IMG/VR virus record: IMGVR_UViG_3300025886_000013
Origin: a virus
DNA: 64,000 nucleotides
Direction: 5' to 3' (one strand)
This document shows positions 56,989 to 64,000 of this stretch, one piece after another. The translations under genes and the position numbers were made by a program. The number at the start of each line of letters is the position of its first letter. Within the stretch, counting starts at the first letter, position 1. Below the pieces are notes generated by a model that saw only the letters and a list, made by a program, of their open reading frames with translations, made no database searches and had not been told where the DNA came from.

Positions 56989-58923
56989 TTAAGAATCTCT
57001 CCACAAGTTGTTAGATGCATATTGAAGAATTTCTTCTGCTGATTTAGCATTGTACCCATAGTCATCAATCATGGTTTGAACCATCTCTGAGTATTTCTCT
57101 TGTTGTCCTTCGTCACGAGTTTTTGACTTTGTAACAATTCTGGCTATATCCTTAACAGAAGAGATTAAGTATGATTCAATTGCCTCACGTAGTGGTCCAT
57201 AACTGTCATAAGTTACTTTTTCTCCTCTTCTCATTTTAGCGAACATAAATGCCGTAACGTCGCTTCTGAATCCGTCTCTTGAAGAACCAACTATTCCGAT
57301 TTGCTCCTCAATTGTCTTAAGGAAGTTCTCATCTGGCTGCATTTCTTCTTTTGTGACTTGATCCTTTAGCTTAGAGTGCGTGGTGTAAGCCTCTGCGTGG
57401 TCAAGATATGAATCAAACAATGACTGAGCTTGTTCAGAGTATGCAGATATGAATGCCTTAGCGATTTCTGTTTCAAGGATTCTTAGATATTCATCACGTA
57501 CAACCTTCTGAAGTATCTCGAGGTATCTACTTCTATCGTCTTCGTTGATAACTTGCTCAGATACTTGAGTTTGAAGTGCTTGAATAACAGAGACAGGTGT
57601 AACAAGATTGTTATCAGAGTCAGAAAGTGCGTTATCTATTGCTTTCATTATAAAGCGTGTTGAAATTCCTTTCATACCTTCATCACGTGATTCACTACGA
57701 AGATCATTAATGTCGATCTTCTTTACTCTTCCTTTTTCAATAACGTCGTCGCCGTTGTAGATTTTCATTTTAGTAAGAATGTCACACTTAGCTGATTCTT
57801 TTAATCTGCTCATTACAGAGAACATGGAGGCTACCCTCAATGTATGTGGTGCAATGTGAGCGTTAAAATCACTCATACCGAGCATCTTATTATAGATTCT
57901 TTCTTCTTGACTTACTTCTAGAACGTAAGGTACGTTGATTTTTACAATACGATCCATAATTGCTTCGTTTGTATGCTCGCTTTGGAATTTGTTCCACTCT
58001 GACTCGTTTGTATGAGCAAGAATAATACCATCAAAGTAGATCATGTTGTTCTTACCAGGACTTGGTACCTGCTTTTCTTGTGTTGCTGTAATAATAGTGT
58101 GCAAGAATTCAATTTCATTCTTGAACATTTCTACCATTTCTACGATACCACGGTTACCAACGTTGAATGCACCGTTAAGTGAGAGAACTCTTGGGTCGTC
58201 TTCTGCGTAAAGATCAAGCTTAGAGATATCTTCCGTTCCAATAAGAACTGATATATCCTGTGAGTTTGCATCCATAGGTGGAACAGCTGCAAGTCCGCGG
58301 CGAGCGCGCTCTGAGAATGATGCTGTTTTTACGGGGAAGTCTTCATATTTTGTGTTAAATTCATTGATGAGTCTGTATCTACATACTGGGCAAAGGTCTC
58401 CTTCGATTTTAACTCCTAGCAGCTCTTCAAACTTGCTACGTAGACTACGTGGTATAAGGTGAAGTGGTTCTTCCCTAATTGGACAACCATCAAGATAGTA
58501 AGCAGGAGCACTCATTTCAAGAGCTCTTTTTATGTGGTTTGTTACAGCTGATTTTCCAGCGCCAACAGGACCCATAAGAAGTAGTACCTGGCGTGATTCT
58601 TCGCCTTTATGCGCAGCTGAGTTTAAAAATCTCATTATTTTGTAAATTGTTCTTTCGTTTCCAAAAAAACTATCCTTAAAATAGTCATATACCTTTATAT
58701 CGTCATTGTCAAAAATCTTTCTCTGACGACCGGTGTCTGGATCTAGGTGAGAGATTCCTTTATTTTCAATAGACTTAACTAACCGCTTGTGGGCTAGATC
58801 GCATATTTCTGGGTTTTTCTTTACAACATCAAGATACTGTAGAAAAGTCCCATTAAACTTTTCTTCTTTTTTAATGTTTCTTTGCGCTTCTATAAGCTTT
58901 AAAAAGTCTTGTTCTTTCGCCAT
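56989..58923 (-). CDS. prkA: PrkA/YeaG family AAA+ ATPase (serine kinase)
   Basis: LLLMGPVGAGKS, CPIREEPLHLIP, GNRGIVEMVEMFK, ILAHTNESEW, EAIMDRIVKINVPY, EGMKGISTRF; 644 aa. Confidence 0.95.
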   Translation of the reverse strand: MAKEQDFLKLIEAQRNIKKEEKFNGTFLQYLDVVKKNPEICDLAHKRLVKSIENKGISHLDPDTGRQRKIFDNDDIKVYDYFKDSFFGNERTIYKIMRFLNSAAHKGEESRQVLLLMGPVGAGKSAVTNHIKRALEMSAPAYYLDGCPIREEPLHLIPRSLRSKFEELLGVKIEGDLCPVCRYRLINEFNTKYEDFPVKTASFSERARRGLAAVPPMDANSQDISVLIGTEDISKLDLYAEDDPRVLSLNGAFNVGNRGIVEMVEMFKNEIEFLHTIITATQEKQVPSPGKNNMIYFDGIILAHTNESEWNKFQSEHTNEAIMDRIVKINVPYVLEVSQEERIYNKMLGMSDFNAHIAPHTLRVASMFSVMSRLKESAKCDILTKMKIYNGDDVIEKGRVKKIDINDLRSESRDEGMKGISTRFIMKAIDNALSDSDNNLVTPVSVIQALQTQVSEQVINEDDRSRYLEILQKVVRDEYLRILETEIAKAFISAYSEQAQSLFDSYLDHAEAYTTHSKLKDQVTKEEMQPDENFLKTIEEQIGIVGSSRDGFRSDVTAFMFAKMRRGEKVTYDSYGPLREAIESYLISSVKDIARIVTKSKTRDEGQQEKYSEMVQTMIDDYGYNAKSAEEILQYASNNLWRDS

Positions 58924-58945
58924 TCTAGATTACCTCTTCCTTTAC

Positions 58946-58953
58946 TATAAATA
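58946..58953 (-). promoter_or_regulatory. Putative late promoter motif TATTTATA
   Basis: Exact 8-mer 22 nt upstream of prkA ATG, followed by GAGGT SD. Confidence 0.55.
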
Positions 58954-58993
58954 ATGCTCAAATTTCAATAAAAAATAAAAATACAAAATATTT

Positions 58994-60298
58994 TTAAATT
59001 TCCCATGGTTCTTCTTCAATTATTGTTTCCAACTTAACTACATTTTTCCAAATTTTTGAAACATTGTTAATAACTACATTGGCATAGTTCAACTCTAAGT
59101 CTCTTCCATCATGATCGTGACCAAGTACTATTGTACCACGTGGTTCAAGAACTTCAACAAACATCTTTGGAATGCTGCCCACGCCTGTTTGCTTTATAAG
59201 ATTGTTTTTTACTTCTTTCCAACCACCTTCATCAGATATTTCATTTATAACGTACGCTTTCTTTTTTCTGTCTTTGGCGTAAGAAAATAAATTAAGATCT
59301 ATCATTTGATCTAGATCAAGATAATTTCTAATAAATGATTCATCATGAAACACTTCTCTGATCATAAAGATTTCATCTCTTCCTAGTTCTTTGTCAAGTT
59401 TTTGAAACATTTCAAATCCAAGATGATATGGATTGATCCCACCAATGTGAGGACGTATGACCTGGTTGTGAGATTTAATAAAAGGCAAATGCATTTTAGA
59501 TGGAAGTTTTAGCTCGTTCATTATTGTATAATGCCAGTAAGAAGCCCATCCTTCATTCATAATTTTTGTTTTAATCTGTGGAATGAAATATAATGATTCT
59601 TCTCTTACGATATTAATGACATCTAGTTCCCAATCAGAGAAATGTTTTCCTTGTTCCATAAAGAATGCTAGTAGATCGTATTCTCTTCTTAAAGGGACCT
59701 GATTAATATCAACACCGATATTCTCACCAGATTTTAGTCTTTCACTTAGTTCATCTCTAACTTCTTCGTAAGACATTCTTTTAATGCTGTCTCTATTTAC
59801 TTGATATTTTATAGAGTGAAGACTATCTAACAAACTTTCTACTTTGTCAATTCCAATACTTGGATCTTCCATGTAGTTTTTTATTCTTTTCTTTGCGTTT
59901 CTAAAACGAGAGACAGCAGAAGAAGGCCTTGTATCACCAAATGTAATGTTATTTTTAAAGAAATCGCTATGACCAATACAGTGTGCCATAATAAGAACTT
60001 GTAAATATAGTGGGTTCTCTTTCATGAGATAAGCAATTGAAGGATTAGAATTAATAATAAGTTCGTAAGGTAACCCAGACTGCCCATGGTTGTACATCTG
60101 ATGTGTTCTTTCAAATGATTTACCATAACTCCAATGATCATAGTGAGAAGGCAGCCCATGATAGCTCATATGACCTATCATCTCGTAGTAATCACAAATA
60201 TCATAGTTAATAGGAAACCAATCTAGACCGAAATCAGCAGCTACATTGCAAACTCTTTCATCCCACTCTTCTAGTTCTTTTACTGTCCAGTCAGACAT
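58994..60298 (-). CDS. spoVR: SpoVR/YcgB family protein
   Basis: GLPSHYDHWSYGKSF, YELIINSNPSIAYLM, AHCIGHSDFFKNN, YFIPQIKTKIMNEGWASYWH, NPYHLG, DESFIRNYL. Confidence 0.95.
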   Translation of the reverse strand: MSDWTVKELEEWDERVCNVAADFGLDWFPINYDICDYYEMIGHMSYHGLPSHYDHWSYGKSFERTHQMYNHGQSGLPYELIINSNPSIAYLMKENPLYLQVLIMAHCIGHSDFFKNNITFGDTRPSSAVSRFRNAKKRIKNYMEDPSIGIDKVESLLDSLHSIKYQVNRDSIKRMSYEEVRDELSERLKSGENIGVDINQVPLRREYDLLAFFMEQGKHFSDWELDVINIVREESLYFIPQIKTKIMNEGWASYWHYTIMNELKLPSKMHLPFIKSHNQVIRPHIGGINPYHLGFEMFQKLDKELGRDEIFMIREVFHDESFIRNYLDLDQMIDLNLFSYAKDRKKKAYVINEISDEGGWKEVKNNLIKQTGVGSIPKMFVEVLEPRGTIVLGHDHDGRDLELNYANVVINNVSKIWKNVVKLETIIEEEPWEI

Positions 60299-61473
60299 TA
60301 TTTCATTCCTCCAAATAGTTTAACAAATGCTGGCCAAATATCATCTTTAGACTGTAAGAGCATTGTTTTAAATTTATTATCTATTAATGGTGTATACACG
60401 TTCATCATTGTATTCCCACTACTCCAGCTTGCCCACTCTTGTTGACCAGATGGCTTTATTTCAATAAAACCATACATTTGACTTTTTTCTTTTAGTTGTC
60501 TTGTAAGCTCTAGAGCTTTGTCGTTGTCCTCTGACCAGTTATCACCATCTGATCCGTGGAACGCATAAATGTTCCAGCTTGAAGGATGGTATCTTTTATT
60601 CATAACTTCCAAAGCCAGTTCAGGCGCAGATGAAACAAACGTTCCACCACTTTGCCCACGAGAGAAAAACTCAGATTCTGATACTTCCTTTGCTTCAGTT
60701 GTATGCGCTATAAACACAACTTCAATTTTGTCGTATTTATAACGAAGAAACTGGTATAAAAGAAAAAAGAATGATCTTGCAATAAATTTCTTTTGAGTCC
60801 CCATAGAGCCTGAAACATCCATCATGAAGAAAATTACAGCATTACTGTTTTCTTTAGGCGTCTCTGTTATAAATTTATATCTTAGATCATTTTCGTGGAA
60901 GGGAAATCTTGCTTCATCTTCATCGCTGTATGTGCCAGCTCTTTTAGCAGCATTTTTTCTTCTTAGCTTGCGCTTAAGTGTTTCTTTTTTATCTAGACGT
61001 GGTCTAATACCTTGATTGCGATAACCATGTCGCTTCATTTTTTCACCAATGATATTAGTGAATCTTTTCTTTTCAAGGTCAGGAAGATTAAGTGAATCAA
61101 ATAGATATGCTGCCAACTCTTCTAGTGAGATCTCTACATCATAGAACTCTTCACCGGATTCACTGCCTGGTTTATTTCCACTTGCTTTTTCTTTCTTGTC
61201 AGCCTTACCTATCTGTTGTCCCTTTCGTATGTTCTTGCCTGGAGCTGACCCTACCTGTTTATTTGTATCGTTATCGCCAAATACAAATCTGTATTCTTTT
61301 ATACCCTTGACAGGAATTTTTATTTTTTTCTTTCCATCTTGACCAATAATAGATTCGTCTGCAATAATGTCATGAATTCCTTCACGTATTGCTCTTTCTA
61401 TTTTTTTCTTGTGACGAGATCTATCAGATGCTGATCTATCTGCAATCGTTTTATGTTCCTTAAAAATGCTCAT
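60298..61473 (-). CDS. yeaH: YeaH/YhbH (DUF444) vWA-domain protein
   Basis: KIKIPVKGIKEYRF, PFHENDLRY, AVIFFMMDVSGSM, VFIAHTTEAKEV, GGTFVSS, WNIYAFHGSDGDNW. Confidence 0.95.
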   Translation of the reverse strand: MSIFKEHKTIADRSASDRSRHKKKIERAIREGIHDIIADESIIGQDGKKKIKIPVKGIKEYRFVFGDNDTNKQVGSAPGKNIRKGQQIGKADKKEKASGNKPGSESGEEFYDVEISLEELAAYLFDSLNLPDLEKKRFTNIIGEKMKRHGYRNQGIRPRLDKKETLKRKLRRKNAAKRAGTYSDEDEARFPFHENDLRYKFITETPKENSNAVIFFMMDVSGSMGTQKKFIARSFFFLLYQFLRYKYDKIEVVFIAHTTEAKEVSESEFFSRGQSGGTFVSSAPELALEVMNKRYHPSSWNIYAFHGSDGDNWSEDNDKALELTRQLKEKSQMYGFIEIKPSGQQEWASWSSGNTMMNVYTPLIDNKFKTMLLQSKDDIWPAFVKLFGGMK

Positions 61474-61509
61474 ATTATATTATAACTTCTTGTGTTAAAA
61501 TTTAAAACT

Positions 61510-62079
61510 TTAAAGTGTATTAGCAATAGCCGTATTAATCATCTCCTGATTATATCCACGAATATAACTATTCATTACCATTTCATTATCAATAAAAAAG
61601 AAAGTAGGCCAGCTAGAAATATAAAATCCGTCATTAGAAGTAACGTCAATCATTTCATCCCTTGGGGCTGATAATGTAGGAGTATCTAGTTCGAAATTAT
61701 TTATCCATTCAACAAGTTCAGATTGAGTAGGAGTGTTTCCTGACCATCCTTCAACAATTAAACTAATATAAACGATCTCATCTTCTTTAAACAGCTCCAT
61801 TGTGTCTGGTATTTCATATGCAGCTTGTTGACAATAATAGCACCCAATCGTAGAAAAATTTAAAACAATTGTCTTACCATAAAAATCATAAAGATTTACT
61901 TCATTACCTTCGTCATCTAAAAGCGCAAAATTACATGTATATTCTCCGACTACATAACCGCAGTCATTAAATATAACATTGTTCGCTATTGATTCGTTTG
62001 TGTCAATGCTGTTTTCAACTTCAAAAGTAGAAGATTCACAACCAGTTAAAAGAATAAAAAATAAAGCTGATTTAAACAT
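61510..62079 (-). CDS. TlpA/ResA-like thioredoxin-fold lipoprotein
   Basis: Lipobox LTG-C, NFALLD..VNLYDFYGKTIVLNF, active site CYYC, WPTFFFID. Confidence 0.82.
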   Translation of the reverse strand: MFKSALFFILLTGCESSTFEVENSIDTNESIANNVIFNDCGYVVGEYTCNFALLDDEGNEVNLYDFYGKTIVLNFSTIGCYYCQQAAYEIPDTMELFKEDEIVYISLIVEGWSGNTPTQSELVEWINNFELDTPTLSAPRDEMIDVTSNDGFYISSWPTFFFIDNEMVMNSYIRGYNQEMINTAIANTL

Positions 62080-62413
62080 GATATTTCATCCATTCATAAT
62101 TGTTTCTACTTTCTAAGTATCCGTTATCAACAGAGTGCTCATAAGCTTCTTGTTCAAATCTAGTTTGATAGTAAGCCAGGTCACTATCTCTATATTTCAG
62201 CAATCCACGTATCCAATCATAAAGGTACAAAGCTAAAAATCCTATTACAAAAAGCTCGTTATACTGGGCAATGTGAATTGACTCATGACGTATAAGTCTC
62301 TCATTAGCTGTATCTTTAATAAATATAAAAGGCCACAGAGTTATTGCACCTATGTCTGCTATTAAACTAATTATTTTTGGGACTTTACTGTTTTCGATTA
62401 TTATTGGTTTCAT
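62072..62413 (-). CDS. Membrane-associated HExxH metallopeptidase-like protein
   Basis: AITLWPFIF..LIRHESIHIAQ..hydrophobic helix..RFEQEAY. Confidence 0.7.
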   Translation of the reverse strand: MKPIIIENSKVPKIISLIADIGAITLWPFIFIKDTANERLIRHESIHIAQYNELFVIGFLALYLYDWIRGLLKYRDSDLAYYQTRFEQEAYEHSVDNGYLESRNNYEWMKYHV

Positions 62414-62437
62414 ATGTTAGTACATTTACCCTATACT

Positions 62438-62445
62438 TATAAATA
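62438..62445 (-). promoter_or_regulatory. Putative late promoter motif TATTTATA
   Basis: Exact 8-mer 24 nt upstream of ATG at 62413; overlaps the start codon of the divergent protease gene. Confidence 0.45.
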
Positions 62446-63215
62446 TGTTTACAAATAGAGTTAAAATTTTACTTTCATCTGTGGTGATAGTGTCTATATG
62501 TTGTCTTATAACCTTTGAATCAAAAAAATCAGAAGTAATAGTTCTAAACGAGGCAAGAGAGTCATTCGTTAAGATAATTGTAGAAAACGAAGTGCTAGTT
62601 GCAGATTGCTCTGAAATAGAAATAACATCAGACAATTGTCCAGAGGCATATTATTCCTCAGAGGGATATAAAATAACAGGCTCAGGTATAATAATAAATC
62701 ATAAAAAAGATAACTATATTTTGTCTGTAGATCATATATGCGAGAAAATGATAGAAGGTCTTATATTTGATGAAAACAAAACAACGTTAATAAGACGCTC
62801 AACACATTCAGCAATGACGCTAGAAGGTATGCTTCATAGGGTAGAAATACTTAAGCGCGACAAAAAAAATGATTTATGTTTGCTTGAATTTGAAAGAAAT
62901 GACAAATATAACGCAATCAATGTCTACGAAGACAATTTAATTCCAGGTGAAAGAGTGTATAATTTAGCTGCACCAAGAGGAGTTTTTGAACCAGGAAACG
63001 TATTAATATTCGATGGGTTCTTTACAGGGACAACAATGGCAGCAAGTAACAGCAATATGTTCTCTATTTATGCAGAACATGGAAGTTCTGGTTCTGCAAT
63101 AATAAATAACAAAGGTGAACTAGTCGGCATAGTACATTCTGTATCTACAAAAATAGACAATGCTACGATTGGCACAAGCATAGAACAAATTAGAGAGTTT
63201 TTAGAAAATGAATAG
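62445..63215 (+). CDS. Trypsin-like serine protease with N-terminal signal/membrane anchor
   Basis: GSGIII..ILSVDHIC (His), NDLCLL (Asp), HGSSGSAIINNKGELVGI (Ser). Confidence 0.88.
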   Translation: MFTNRVKILLSSVVIVSICCLITFESKKSEVIVLNEARESFVKIIVENEVLVADCSEIEITSDNCPEAYYSSEGYKITGSGIIINHKKDNYILSVDHICEKMIEGLIFDENKTTLIRRSTHSAMTLEGMLHRVEILKRDKKNDLCLLEFERNDKYNAINVYEDNLIPGERVYNLAAPRGVFEPGNVLIFDGFFTGTTMAASNSNMFSIYAEHGSSGSAIINNKGELVGIVHSVSTKIDNATIGTSIEQIREFLENE

Positions 63216-63633
63216 AAAATTATATATCGATAAGAATCTACACAAATGTGTAGATAATTGTGAAGTTGCAAAGAGATTTATTAATTTCTGTGGTGATAAA
63301 CTAGAAATAGAATGTGACTACGAAATATATGTTGTAGAGAATAGATCTGAAAACAACATAACAACGACGGCATTTTATGATCCAAACAATAAAATAATAA
63401 AAATCTATGGAAAAAATAGAGCATTTGTCGACGTGTTAAGATCAATAGCACATGAGATGACTCACATGAGGCAGGATATTAATGGTGAGATAACAGGACC
63501 TATCCAAGACATTGGAGGTTATCACGAGAACCAGGCAAATGCAATGTCCGGGGCCTTAATAAAGATGTTCGCTAAAGACGATGACGAAGGACGTGTGATA
63601 TATGAAGGAATGAGACAGAGAAAATTAATCTAA
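63208..63633 (+). CDS. HExxH zinc-metallopeptidase-like protein
   Basis: TAFYDP..IKIY..LRSIAHEMTHMRQ..HENQANAMSG. Confidence 0.7.
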   Translation: MNRKLYIDKNLHKCVDNCEVAKRFINFCGDKLEIECDYEIYVVENRSENNITTTAFYDPNNKIIKIYGKNRAFVDVLRSIAHEMTHMRQDINGEITGPIQDIGGYHENQANAMSGALIKMFAKDDDEGRVIYEGMRQRKLI

Positions 63634-64000
63634 ACGATTTTTAGAATCTTATTGATCTCATTAGGGTTCTCTTCCTCTTTGGCTTTCATAGCAGATGCAA
63701 CTCCACTGCTTTTAATATTTATGTCTCCAAAAAAAGCTTCGCAATCATTTTTCATATCTCGAGTAACTTTTCCACGAACGTAAAAGTGAACTCTGTCTTT
63801 GCTTCCTTGCCAAGATAAGCCCACGTCTTTGGCTATCGCAACAATAGGTTCCCAAGTAGCATCAGAGCTCTTCATTCTAGCAGACACGACTTTTCCATTC
63901 TTGTCAGGAGGAAGATTTACATTTATGTCTAGTGCAAAGCCATATTGATGATCAGATCTACATGGTTGAGCTGTCATACTACCTTTACCGCTGTCACGTA
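63630..64000 (-). CDS. Peptidase M15-family peptidoglycan hydrolase, C-terminal part (5' end outside the window)
   Basis: SDHQYGFALDI (SxHxxGxAxD), GLSWQG..DRVHF; frame stays open upstream of 63977 to the window edge. Confidence 0.8.
   Translation of the reverse strand, partial: RDSGKGSMTAQPCRSDHQYGFALDINVNLPPDKNGKVVSARMKSSDATWEPIVAIAKDVGLSWQGSKDRVHFYVRGKVTRDMKNDCEAFFGDINIKSSGVASAMKAKEEENPNEINKILKIV

Noticed and set aside
906-63271. Many short plus-strand (and a few minus-strand) ORFs in the track, e.g. 906..1178, 7446..7817, 21689..22105, 39263..39616, 55654..55998, 62426..62635
   Set aside because: They lie antisense to or inside well-supported genes, have Ser/Phe/Leu-rich shadow composition and lack SD or motifs.
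1-64000. Alternative genetic code (stop-codon reassignment) as in some huge phages
   Set aside because: Standard code gives long, tightly packed ORFs with intact motifs, and TAG (e.g. 23007, 50050) and TGA (e.g. 45826) end genes at sensible positions.

Overview
The window is a gene-dense, AT-rich, almost entirely minus-strand segment of a large myovirus-like (jumbo/huge) phage genome in the standard genetic code. Left to right it contains: a T4-like head/packaging module (gp21 prohead protease, gp20 portal, gp17 large terminase); a recombination/replication block (Mre11-Rad50 fusion, degenerate DNA-ligase-like protein, primase, RuvC-like resolvase); a ~31 kb baseplate/tail-fibre module rich in LamG lectin-like domains and interrupted by a zinc-finger homing endonuclease; a phage sigma factor; three glycosyltransferases around a Cas4/RecB-like nuclease; fibre and H-type-lectin-like genes; and a host-like accessory island. 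The island encodes PIN-PhoH, a sigma region-4-only mini-protein, two histone-like proteins, an ATPase-degenerate GroEL-like protein, a complete PrkA(YeaG)-SpoVR(YcgB)-YeaH trio, a redoxin lipoprotein and several peptidases. The strongest candidate for an undescribed system is this island, read as a possible phage-encoded host dormancy/stress and nucleoid-condensation programme. Other sequence-level observations: a TATTTATA upstream motif that is the reverse complement of the T4 late promoter, a ~60-aa aromatic module shared by two virion proteins, an apparently split tail-collar domain, two apparent pseudoenzymes and a microhomology-deleted gene relic. All family assignments come from motif recognition by eye; no database searches were run and the host cannot be assigned.
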